This document shows positions 25,496-33,597 of a stretch of 46,044 nt of DNA, piece after piece; the stretch's first letter is position 1, and each line of letters starts with the position of its first letter. The stretch comes from Spirochaetota bacterium (GTDB taxonomy: Bacteria > Spirochaetota > Spirochaetia > Treponematales > UBA12059). The DNA is taken from NCBI GenBank assembly GCA_018815555.1, contig JAHIWF010000317.1:1-46044 (forward strand). The letters are read 5' to 3'. Below the pieces are notes generated by a model. That model did not search any database and was not told the origin of the DNA. It worked only from the letters and a program-made list of their open reading frames with translations. Made by a program: the position numbers and the translations under genes.

Positions 25496-25524
25496 ATAGT
25501 AACAAGCCTAAACGGTAGTGACAA
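25496..25524 (-). promoter_or_regulatory. Sigma70-type promoter of the MBL-apbE operon, leaderless geometry
   Basis: The minus strand reads TTGTCA (25524-25519), 17 nt, TACTAT (25501-25496), 6 nt, then ATG 25489. There is no SD. Confidence 0.55.
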
Positions 25525-25535
25525 GCGGAGGCGGC

Positions 25536-26477
25536 ATGTTTTTGCAGATCTGGTTTGCCCTGGCAGTGGTTTTTGTCTTCTATTTTTGTATTCCGATAAT
25601 CGGGGCTCTGGCAGTTCGTAAAAAGTGGCGCGATTTTCGTGCTCTGGTGTTTGAGGCGGCTCTGTTGCCCCGGCTCAGCGCGGAGACGGTTTTCCGGAAT
25701 TGCCTGCAGGACGGGCAAAAAGCGGCTGACAGCAGCGGACGGCAGATTGGTTTGTTTTCCGCCTATGGCACGATCGACGCTATAGGCCCGGAATCAAGGC
25801 TTTGGCTGCGCATCCCGGACGCTACCTGTTCAGTTTTTATGAACAGTGTGCCGGTGTATCTTCTGTCCGGAATCCGTGATGAAACCATTACTGCAGTAGA
25901 CCCGGAAACCGATGTGGTGGAAAGTCTGAAATGGAAGTCTCTGCCGTCCATTCCGCAAGGTGCACGGCTTTTTGTGGCCGGTTCACTGGTTCAGTGCGAC
26001 GGGACCCTTTGTTTTCAGAATATGCCAGAGCAGCCGTTGCTGGTTATTCTGCATGATGGTATAGATGAGTATGTGCTGCCGCGGGCGATAATTGCCGGGC
26101 GTCACCGCAATGAGTATTGGAATTCGCTTACCCAGGTTTCCCTGGCTATCGGTATTTTGCTTATAAGTATCCTGCTTACCGGTGGCTTTAGCGGACGCAG
26201 TCTGGTGTTTGTACGGGCGCTGAATATTACGCTGGCTTTTACTCCGGTATTGGTGGTGTTGCCACCCGGGTTTCTGTTGTTTTTTCTGTATCGGCGACTC
26301 TGGATCAGTGCCCGGCGGTATCGGGCCGAACGCGATATAGCCCGCTTGCGCGGGGATGATTATCTGCCCTGGCGGCGGCGATCCATAGCGGCTTTTCTGG
26401 GTAGCCTGAGCGCCTTTGCTGCCGGTTTGCTGATAAACGCGGTGCTGTTGTTTTTTGTTTTACGGGCAATATTGTAG
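25536..26477 (+). CDS. Membrane protein of unknown function
   Basis: GGAGG lies 4 nt before ATG 25536. One N-terminal and about three C-terminal hydrophobic helices flank a soluble domain of about 150 aa. Confidence 0.7.
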   Translation: MFLQIWFALAVVFVFYFCIPIIGALAVRKKWRDFRALVFEAALLPRLSAETVFRNCLQDGQKAADSSGRQIGLFSAYGTIDAIGPESRLWLRIPDATCSVFMNSVPVYLLSGIRDETITAVDPETDVVESLKWKSLPSIPQGARLFVAGSLVQCDGTLCFQNMPEQPLLVILHDGIDEYVLPRAIIAGRHRNEYWNSLTQVSLAIGILLISILLTGGFSGRSLVFVRALNITLAFTPVLVVLPPGFLLFFLYRRLWISARRYRAERDIARLRGDDYLPWRRRSIAAFLGSLSAFAAGLLINAVLLFFVLRAIL

Positions 26478-26510
26478 GAGGGCCGGCCCGCTGACTTTGC
26501 ACCGGGCCAG

Positions 26511-26545
26511 AGGCTGACAGCTCGCGGGTCTGTCAGCCTGTTTCA
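26511..26545 (+). terminator. Hairpin terminator after the membrane-protein gene
   Basis: AGGCTGACAG-9 nt-CTGTCAGCCT followed by GTTTCAT (a weak U tract). Confidence 0.45.
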
Positions 26546-26550
26546 TCTGG

Positions 26551-27375
26551 TCAATATTCGCTGTTATCTTCGATTTCAGCTTCGTCTTCAGTCTCTGCTG
26601 CTGTTTCCGCTGCTAAGTTGTCCTCATATGGCCGGGAATCCGCTTCGTCGGAAAGCTCGGCTTCCGCTGCTTCGTCGCGTTTTCGGGCCAGATTTACGGT
26701 AAGCGGTCGACCTTTGAAGGGTGTGCCATTCAAAGTGTCGGTTATAGCCAGCTCAACAGCCGGGTCTATAGTAATAAAGCTGTAATTGTCCATTGTACGA
26801 ATGTCGCCGATGGCAGTTTCTTTAACACCGCATACTTCTTCCAGCAATTTGAGGGCAACTCGTGCATAAAAACGCTGACGGCGGCCGGCACTGACGAACA
26901 GGGTTATTCCCTCGCCCTGGTAGCGGTTTTCGCGGCTGAATACTGCCTGCTCATTTGCTGTCCGTTCAAGTGCCTGGCGGCGTGGAGCGGTATTTTCCAA
27001 AGGGGAACTATTGCTTTTCCCATTATTTGCCTGAACTGTCGGTCCGCCTGCCGCTTTGTCCTTTTTGTCTTTCTGCCGTTTGGACTCCTTCTGGTCGCGG
27101 GGTGTATCTTTGGGTTCACGTTCCTGCCGCAGTTCCGGGCGGCCTTTCTGCCGTCCGAAGCGGTCCCGGCCGCCGTTGTCTCCACGCAAGGCCGACATCA
27201 GTAATGAGGCCATTACCCAGGAACGGAGCATAAAAGGCACCTTTTTGCGGATTATTTTGCGGCATTCATCAAGGGCGGCAACATCAATTGTAGAACGGAC
27301 ATCAGCCAGGGCTGAGTCCAGAACTTTGTTCAAAGTTTCGCGCTGCTCGGCGCTCATCGGCTTTTTTGATACCAT
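26551..27375 (-). CDS. Stand-alone DbpA-type RNA-binding-domain protein with a basic linker and acidic tail
   Basis: The segment GITLFVSAGRRQRF...IGDIRTMDNYSFITIDP...LNGTPFKGRPLTVNLAR matches the C-terminal RNA-binding domain of DbpA/YxiN helicases. No helicase core is present. AGGAG precedes ATG 27375. Confidence 0.7.
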   Translation of the reverse strand: MVSKKPMSAEQRETLNKVLDSALADVRSTIDVAALDECRKIIRKKVPFMLRSWVMASLLMSALRGDNGGRDRFGRQKGRPELRQEREPKDTPRDQKESKRQKDKKDKAAGGPTVQANNGKSNSSPLENTAPRRQALERTANEQAVFSRENRYQGEGITLFVSAGRRQRFYARVALKLLEEVCGVKETAIGDIRTMDNYSFITIDPAVELAITDTLNGTPFKGRPLTVNLARKRDEAAEAELSDEADSRPYEDNLAAETAAETEDEAEIEDNSEY

Positions 27376-27507
27376 GTATAGACTCCTGTAAAATATTCTG
27401 CGCACTCTTCGGTCTTCCCCAAAATGCCTATTGAGGGCTGGGAAGACCTGCGCGTGTATCGCACTGCTGCGACGCTGGAACAGTTTGTACCGATCAGCAC
27501 TGATACT

Positions 27508-28245
27508 TCAGAGCTGCGGTTCCGGGAAATAAACAAGCCGGTTCTCTGTTCCTATCCGGTGCACGGCATCTTCCACTGACTCATCCGGCAGTCTGCGCTT
27601 TTTCAAATCGCTGGCAAAACTGCCCATGGAAAAATGCTTGAAGACGAAAATCGCCTCTCGGGCGGGCATGCCGGTACTGAAACGTTCGTACCAGGCGGAA
27701 AAAAGACCACGGGGCTGCAATTCGGATAAGCCCATCAGCCAGATCGGTGCCTTTGCTATGGAATATAATTGCCATGCAAAATCGGCCATATAACACTGGC
27801 TTTCTATAAAAACAGCACGTAGATCCGGATATATCTGCAATAGCCTCCTTAACTGACTGGTTTTTGGCGTATGGACGGGTGACTTGTTTATTATAAGGAC
27901 TTCGGAGCGAAAATCAATATCTAAATGCTGTCTGAAGAAGTTTTCAGCCGCTTTACCGGAGCTGCCTACCAGATAGCGGCGGTTTTCAGCCAGTTGTTCC
28001 TTTTTGCCCGGGTTGTCGGCTATTAAAATCCAGCGGATGTTGGAGCCTGGCCGCAGCCTATCCAGATCACCGTTGTATACGATGGGGGTTTCTAGCGCGT
28101 AATCAGTTTCTTCGCAGATGTTTTGCAGTTCCCGCTGCGCTTCTCCAAGTTGCGGCAGGCGCTGGCTCCAGGCTGCCAGCCGGCTGCTGAAATCCCGAAT
28201 GGCCGCTTGATAGCGGCTAAAAGCTGTTTGGCTGAGTGTCGGCAT
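27508..28245 (-). CDS. Hypothetical protein with uracil-DNA-glycosylase-superfamily-like motifs
   Basis: ILIADNPGKKE...RYLVGSSGKAAENFF resembles UDG motif A plus the following helix, and KSPVHTP resembles motif B. This is motif-level resemblance only. Confidence 0.55.
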   Translation of the reverse strand: MPTLSQTAFSRYQAAIRDFSSRLAAWSQRLPQLGEAQRELQNICEETDYALETPIVYNGDLDRLRPGSNIRWILIADNPGKKEQLAENRRYLVGSSGKAAENFFRQHLDIDFRSEVLIINKSPVHTPKTSQLRRLLQIYPDLRAVFIESQCYMADFAWQLYSIAKAPIWLMGLSELQPRGLFSAWYERFSTGMPAREAIFVFKHFSMGSFASDLKKRRLPDESVEDAVHRIGTENRLVYFPEPQL

Positions 28246-28352
28246 GCTGAAAGTATAGCAGGGCCGGCGTGACCAGCACAGCCCCCCGGCAGAGAAAGGT
28301 GCCCGATCGGTTGGCCAGCCGCGAAAGTGCCTGTGCTGTCTGCCAGAGTTGT

Positions 28353-28694
28353 TTATTCCGGTTTTTTATCGTTTATTGCTGCTAATTGGGCTAGATGTTC
28401 CTGGACGACGGTATTTACATCATGCACCAAGGCGCTGCGGATTTCCTCAAAACGACTTAATTCACCGGGGCTTTGATACTGGCTGCGGTTTACCAGCAGT
28501 TGAAAAGGCTCAATATGCAGGGCTTCTGCCAGCTGCCAGAATACTTCCGGAGAGGGATATTTACGTTCGGTTTCGATCTCGGCGAGGTAGTTTTTGGATA
28601 TGCTGCTGGCTTCTGCCAGCTGTTCCTGCGTCAGCTGACGCTGGGTGCGATACATTTTAAGGTTTCTGGCCAGAATGGTGTACAATTCGTTCAT
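28353..28694 (-). CDS. XRE-family helix-turn-helix regulator
   Basis: LKMYRTQRQLTQEQLAEASSISKNYLAEIETERKYPS is a classic Cro/C1 HTH. Start at MNELYT (ATG 28694). Confidence 0.85.
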   Translation of the reverse strand: MNELYTILARNLKMYRTQRQLTQEQLAEASSISKNYLAEIETERKYPSPEVFWQLAEALHIEPFQLLVNRSQYQSPGELSRFEEIRSALVHDVNTVVQEHLAQLAAINDKKPE

Positions 28695-28704
28695 GGGCTG
28701 AGCA

Positions 28705-28756
28705 ATGCTAAACCTCCCCCTGTATGTTGACAATTCGCTTACAGCCAAATTAGTAT
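28705..28756. promoter_or_regulatory. Back-to-back divergent promoters with overlapping -35 hexamers
   Basis: Plus strand: TTGACA (28727-28732), 18 nt, TAGTAT (28751-28756). Minus strand: TTGTCA (28733-28728), 17 nt, TAGCAT (28710-28705). Confidence 0.4.
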
Positions 28757-28760
28757 TGCT

Positions 28761-29090
28761 ATGAGCATGACATATAAAAACCTGGATTCCAGCAGCAACC
28801 CTCATGCCGTAATTAGCTTTATGGCCGACCGGCTGATGGATGAAAAGGAAGTGCTGGTGGCGCTGCAGTCGCTTGGTGTGCCCTTGCCGCTGCTCCCGGG
28901 AGTAATAGCCGCCGATGGCCAGGCAGGACAAGCTATGAACAGCGGCTTGCGGATCTGGCTGGCCTGTGGTCTGGCTGATAATGGCCTGGTTTTGCTGTTT
29001 GCCGGTCCCGGCTTGGCAGTACAGGAACCTGACTCACTGGAATGCTTGTTGGCAGCCGCCTGTCTGCCTTATCTGGTGTATAGATCGTAA
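28761..29090 (+). CDS. Hypothetical small protein divergent from the XRE regulator
   Basis: 109-aa ORF with protein-like composition, directly behind a strong -35/-10. Otherwise about 530 nt would be non-coding. No family recognised. Confidence 0.45.
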   Translation: MSMTYKNLDSSSNPHAVISFMADRLMDEKEVLVALQSLGVPLPLLPGVIAADGQAGQAMNSGLRIWLACGLADNGLVLLFAGPGLAVQEPDSLECLLAAACLPYLVYRS

Positions 29091-29221
29091 GCGTCTGCTG
29101 ATCGACCCTTTCCGCAGGAATCACCCGGCTTTGCAAAAAACCGCACGTATGCTAAGGTAGCCTTAGCCTGGACGAGAGTCCTGTACTGATCGTCGATTAT
29201 CCCGCATGGAGTTTGCTTTAT

Positions 29222-31411
29222 ATGAGGTTCTTCCCCTTACTGCGCTTTTTATTGGTTTTTTGTGTGTTTTTTAGTGCTTTTGCACTTTTCTCCCAGCCTG
29301 TTCTGATAGGCACCAGCAGCGGCCTGTATCAATTAGAAAGTGGTGACCAGCTAAAGCCCCTGCTGCCCGGGGTGGATGTGCGCAAGATACTGCATGCCGG
29401 TTCGCATTGGTATTTTCTGACCAGTGAAGGTGTTCTGGCCAGTCGGGACCTTGTAAACTTCGAGCCGCGCAATACCGGCCTGCCGGTAAAAACCCTAAAA
29501 ATATACGACGGCAGCCAAAAATCCTTTATCAAGGAAATCCAGGAGCTGAAGGATCTGGAATTTGATCCGCATAATCCACTGAATATGGTAACTGCCACCA
29601 AAGATTATGTGTTCCTGAGCACCGACGGCGGCCTTAGCTGGCGTAACGAAGGCTCGCCGATCAACTTTCCGAGCATCAAGGCGGTGGCGGTAAGTTCGCA
29701 GCCCCGGCTGCAGCTTTTTGTGTCGCATACCATACGCGGACCGCATGTTAAGACCGCCGGGTTATCCAACGCAAACTGGCAGGCGTTGGCCGGCGATCTG
29801 GCGCAAAGCTGCCCGACTCTGCGGGCTGACGAACTGAGTGATATCGTTATAGCCAAAACTGCTGCCGGCCAGCAGATCTGGGCGGCCAATTCCTTCCTGC
29901 CCAATGTGTACCGCTATCTGGAGACAAGCAGCCAATTTGAGGCGCGTTACTCTGGCAAGGCCGACTTCGCCGCCTATGATTCGCTGATGGTCCGGGGCGA
30001 CGAAGTTTTGTTCGTTACCGACGGCGCGGTGATGCGGCTGGGACCGGACGGCACTGTCAGCCGGGCCGATACCGAAACCCGCTTTGTGCAGCGTGTCGGC
30101 GGACTTCTAGATACACAGCTAAAGACTGTATGGCATCCGGCTTTATCCGGGCGGCCATTGGCGCTGTCGGAGTTATGGCTGGTCAGTTTTCATGACCAGA
30201 AACCTTACCGCCAGATGGCCGAGGCGCGCAATGGCCTGTATCTGCGCACCGGCTTTGTGGTGGAAGAAGATTCCCGCGCGGAGTATGACGCCTTCTCGCG
30301 CGATCGCAACCTGAACATGCTTACAGTGGACATCAAGGATGATTACGGCCGCTTGCGCTATATACCGAATGATCCGCTGGTTAAATCTATATCACGTACT
30401 GTTAATCCGCTGGATCTTGAATCTTTTGTTGCCGACATGAAGGCTCAGGGCCGTTATCTGGTGGCCCGTATCGTGGTGTTTAAAGACCAGCACCTGTACA
30501 ATTACTCGGGCGGCAGATATGCTGTTTGGGATAATGCCACCGGAAAGCCCTGGCAGGGTTATCAAAATGTCAGGCGAGAGGTGGAAGTGCCGCAGGATCC
30601 TCCGGCGGGCAGTGCTCTGCGCGACAGTTCCAGCCTGCTGCCCGAAGGCGATGCTGCCGCTCTGGCTGATGCGGCGAGGGCAGGCAGCGCACCGCGCACC
30701 CAGGTGGTAACCGAGCGTCAATATTATGAAGAATTCTGGGTGGATCCGTACTCTGAAATCGTATGGGAATATAATATAGCCATCGCCCGCGAAATTATTG
30801 CCCGAGGCTTCGACGAAGTACAGTTCGACTATATACGTTTTCCTACCGACGGTGTAAATCTGGATAAGGCCACGTATCGCTGGCGCGATTCTGGTATGGA
30901 TATGGAAAGCGCGCTCATGTCGTTTCTGCGCTATGCCCGTGAGCATGTAGAAGCGCCGATAGGGATAGATATTTACGGTGCAAACGGTTGGTATCGCTCC
31001 GGCGTGCGTACCGGCCAGGATGTGGAGCTGCTCTCTCGTTATGTAGATGTAATTCTGCCGATGTTTTACCCGTCGCATTTTGAGCAGACCTTTATGGCCT
31101 TCGAGCCGGCGGTTCTGCGACCCTACCGCATCTACTATCTTGGTACCCTGCGTAACCATTATATGGCACGCAAGCAGGTGGTTGTTCGGCCCTGGGTGCA
31201 GGCTTTCTTCATTAATGTTCGCTATGACCGTGAATTCTATAATCCTAATTATGTAAATCTGCAGGTTGACGGCGTGCGCTATGCAGTGAACCAGGGGATG
31301 ACCTTCTGGAATAATTCCGGCCGCTATGACGATATCCCGGTACTGCTTACGCTGCCGGACGGCCGTCTTACCGGCCCCAATACCAGTCCGGATACTCCGC
31401 GTCAGCCTTGA
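29222..31411 (+). CDS. Secreted protein: N-terminal BNR/Asp-box region plus C-terminal GH-like TIM barrel (DUF4015-type putative glycoside hydrolase)
   Basis: Signal peptide MRFFPLLRFLLVFCVFFSAFALFS. Asp-box STDGGLSWRNEG. The C-terminal part has LTVDIKDDYGRL, ARIVVFKD and GFDEVQFDYIRFP, typical of that family. Confidence 0.8.
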   Translation: MRFFPLLRFLLVFCVFFSAFALFSQPVLIGTSSGLYQLESGDQLKPLLPGVDVRKILHAGSHWYFLTSEGVLASRDLVNFEPRNTGLPVKTLKIYDGSQKSFIKEIQELKDLEFDPHNPLNMVTATKDYVFLSTDGGLSWRNEGSPINFPSIKAVAVSSQPRLQLFVSHTIRGPHVKTAGLSNANWQALAGDLAQSCPTLRADELSDIVIAKTAAGQQIWAANSFLPNVYRYLETSSQFEARYSGKADFAAYDSLMVRGDEVLFVTDGAVMRLGPDGTVSRADTETRFVQRVGGLLDTQLKTVWHPALSGRPLALSELWLVSFHDQKPYRQMAEARNGLYLRTGFVVEEDSRAEYDAFSRDRNLNMLTVDIKDDYGRLRYIPNDPLVKSISRTVNPLDLESFVADMKAQGRYLVARIVVFKDQHLYNYSGGRYAVWDNATGKPWQGYQNVRREVEVPQDPPAGSALRDSSSLLPEGDAAALADAARAGSAPRTQVVTERQYYEEFWVDPYSEIVWEYNIAIAREIIARGFDEVQFDYIRFPTDGVNLDKATYRWRDSGMDMESALMSFLRYAREHVEAPIGIDIYGANGWYRSGVRTGQDVELLSRYVDVILPMFYPSHFEQTFMAFEPAVLRPYRIYYLGTLRNHYMARKQVVVRPWVQAFFINVRYDREFYNPNYVNLQVDGVRYAVNQGMTFWNNSGRYDDIPVLLTLPDGRLTGPNTSPDTPRQP

Positions 31412-31452
31412 CGGGTAGCCGGTCTGCATGTACCCGGCTTACCATCGCGAGC

Positions 31453-31487
31453 AAAAAAAAGGCGCAACCCGCGGGTTGCGCCTTTTT
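31453..31487. terminator. Bidirectional intrinsic terminator
   Basis: A8-GGCGCAACCC-GC-GGGTTGCGCC-T5. It serves the plus-strand GH-like gene and the minus-strand tRNA. Confidence 0.75.
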
Positions 31488-31493
31488 AGTCTC

Positions 31494-31576
31494 TGCCGGC
31501 AGTGGGACTTGAACCCACACATCCTTGCGAACAATGGATTTTGAGTCCATCGCGTCTGCCATTCCGCCATGCCGGC
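31494..31576 (-). tRNA. tRNA-Leu (anticodon CAA)
   Basis: Hand-folded. Acceptor GCCGGCA/TGCCGGC, 3-bp D stem, anticodon arm ATGGA-CTCAAAA-TCCAT, long variable arm, T arm GTGGG-TTCAAGT-CCCAC. CCA is not encoded. Confidence 0.93.
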
Positions 31577-31582
31577 CGGAGT

Positions 31583-31601
31583 ATCATAGTATTACTATGA
31601 T
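31583..31601. promoter_or_regulatory. 19-bp perfect palindrome just upstream of tRNA-Leu
   Basis: ATCATAGTA-T-TACTATGAT. It overlaps a candidate tRNA promoter, which reads on the minus strand as TTGACC (31618-31613), 18 nt, TAATAC (31594-31589). Confidence 0.4.
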
Positions 31602-31637
31602 TATGCGCCGCTGGTCAAGTGCGAATTTGACGCCTGC

Positions 31638-32921
31638 TTAGCGAGCTTCGTTCTGGCTGCCTTGTTGAGCTGCGCCGGCATTGCGGCGGCGGATGCCCAG
31701 ATGTACCAGCAGACCGGTGGTACCGAGGATCCCGGCAGTAACGAAGAACACCGACGGATAGCCGGTGGCAGTAGCCAGTACTGCGCCCAGGGCTGGTCCG
31801 GCGGCCATGCCGCCGCTGGAAATGGAGGCCGAGAGTCCGTAGGTGGAGCCCTGCTTGTCTTTCTGGCAGAGTGTGGAAATAAGGGCGTTTATGCTGGGCA
31901 TGGCCCCGCCAAGGAAAAAGCCGGAACCGGCGCGCAGTACTATCAGCTGCCAGGGAGCTGTGGCAAACCCCTGGGGCAGATAAAAGAGGAAGGCGCCGCT
32001 AAGGCAGATGAGCAGGGTTTTGCCATAGCCGATACGGCCGGAGGCTTTTCCCAGTACACCGGCTGCCAGGGCGCCGGTAAAGGCACCGACAGCCTGGATG
32101 ATGCCCGAGAGCAGGCCCAGGGAGCGGGAATCACCGGCCAGGGAGCGCACAAACAGGGTTAGCATGGAACCGGTGACTGAGTTGGCCAGCTGTACGGCAA
32201 AGATCGCCGCCATCAGGGGCAGCAGGCCTGGGGTTTTTACCAGTGGGCTGAAATCCGGCACGGCATTGCGCAGAAAACTGTTGCTGCGTGGTTTGGGCTG
32301 GAAGTCTTCTTTTACCAGAAACCAGATTATTCCGGCGGCAACAAGCAGAAACAGGCTGGTAATCAGGAAATTGGCCCGCGAACCCAGGGCATAATGGATA
32401 CTGCCCCCAAGCAGAGGGCCCAATGAATTACCCATATACACCGCCATCTGCATCAAGCCCAAGCGAAAACCAATTTCGGCCACCGGAACCATGGAGGCAG
32501 TGAGCACCGTGGCCGCCGCTACTGTTCCGGTTACCATGCCCTGCAGGGTACGTAGAGTCATTATCTGCCAGGGAGCCTGCACCAGGCTCATCAGGCCAAC
32601 CAGTACCGCCCCGCCCAGCATGGCACGCAGCAGCATCAACTTTCTGCCATAACTATCCGCCAGGGCTCCCCAAATCGGAGCGAAGAAGGCCATTGCCAGG
32701 GAGGCTCCGGTACTGGTAAGCCCGGTCCACAGGTTAAGAGCGGCCAGATCGTGTACTCCCAGTTCGCTGATAAACAGGGGAATGATAGGATTACTGGTGG
32801 CAAAGCCGGCTATCGCGATGAATTCGGCTACCCAGATCGCATAGAATGATTTTTTCCATAAGGGCATATCCGGATAGTATACCGGCTCTGTGTCCGCATA
32901 CAAGCCGGGCTTTTTCTCCAT
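31638..32921 (-). CDS. MFS transporter
   Basis: 427 aa with about 12 hydrophobic helices and an MFS motif context (GALADSYGRKLMLL). Confidence 0.9.
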   Translation of the reverse strand: MEKKPGLYADTEPVYYPDMPLWKKSFYAIWVAEFIAIAGFATSNPIIPLFISELGVHDLAALNLWTGLTSTGASLAMAFFAPIWGALADSYGRKLMLLRAMLGGAVLVGLMSLVQAPWQIMTLRTLQGMVTGTVAAATVLTASMVPVAEIGFRLGLMQMAVYMGNSLGPLLGGSIHYALGSRANFLITSLFLLVAAGIIWFLVKEDFQPKPRSNSFLRNAVPDFSPLVKTPGLLPLMAAIFAVQLANSVTGSMLTLFVRSLAGDSRSLGLLSGIIQAVGAFTGALAAGVLGKASGRIGYGKTLLICLSGAFLFYLPQGFATAPWQLIVLRAGSGFFLGGAMPSINALISTLCQKDKQGSTYGLSASISSGGMAAGPALGAVLATATGYPSVFFVTAGILGTTGLLVHLGIRRRNAGAAQQGSQNEAR

Positions 32922-32985
32922 TTCAGCTGGGGTCTGAAACGGCCGGCTGCCTTGCCGTTCTGCTTTCCTGCCGGTTTCGCGGTGC

Positions 32986-33014
32986 TTGCACGAGACGGAT
33001 ATGTCAGGTAGAGT
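32986..33014 (+). promoter_or_regulatory. Sigma70-type promoter, leaderless geometry
   Basis: TTGCAC (32986-32991), 17 nt, TAGAGT (33009-33014), 6 nt, then ATG 33021. Confidence 0.5.
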
Positions 33015-33020
33015 GCAACT

Positions 33021-33575
33021 ATGAGTGGAACGGTCAGGGTACTTCTGTGTTTTTTACTTGCAAATGCCGCAGCCGGCCTGGCACTGGCTGACGAAGCTGC
33101 TGCTGGATCTGTCGCGTCCGGTGCCGTTGCCGCTACGGCTGCCTCGGTTTCCGAGGATGGGCTGGCTGACCCGACCGAGCCGCTTGTCCTGAATCCTGCC
33201 AAGCTGCTGGGCGCCAGTGCTGCCGCTATTATCGCCAGTTTTGGATTGCCTGACCATTTTCGGCCGGTGCGTGGTGCTAGTGCCGACCAGGACGACATTG
33301 CTTTCGAGTATGAAAAATTGGATCTGGTTTTTTATCTCTGGCAGGACCAGGTTTGGCAGTTCCGGCTGGGATCGGGCTTTAGCGGGCAGGTAGCCGGACT
33401 GTCCTGGCCGGCTGCAGCGGAAGCGCTGGCCGAGTTTTTCGGGCGGCCGATAGACAGGCAGGATGCCTGGACTGAGTGGCATGTTCCCGCTACGATCTGG
33501 CCGGTGCGTCTGCGCACGGTGCTTGCGCCGTCCGGCAGCATTGAGGCAGCCTATGTTTATCGGGCGGATTTTTAG
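33021..33575 (+). CDS. Secreted hypothetical protein
   Basis: 184 aa with signal peptide MSGTVRVLLCFLLANAAAGLALA followed by an Ala-rich linker. Confidence 0.7.
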   Translation: MSGTVRVLLCFLLANAAAGLALADEAAAGSVASGAVAATAASVSEDGLADPTEPLVLNPAKLLGASAAAIIASFGLPDHFRPVRGASADQDDIAFEYEKLDLVFYLWQDQVWQFRLGSGFSGQVAGLSWPAAAEALAEFFGRPIDRQDAWTEWHVPATIWPVRLRTVLAPSGSIEAAYVYRADF

Positions 33576-33597
33576 CCATTAGAAACGGAGACGAGCT

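Noticed and set aside
28353-31576. A genomic island or prophage remnant integrated at tRNA-Leu (XRE switch nearby).
   Set aside because: I saw no integrase, no direct repeat of the tRNA 3' end and no phage structural genes. The composition also looks like the rest of the window.
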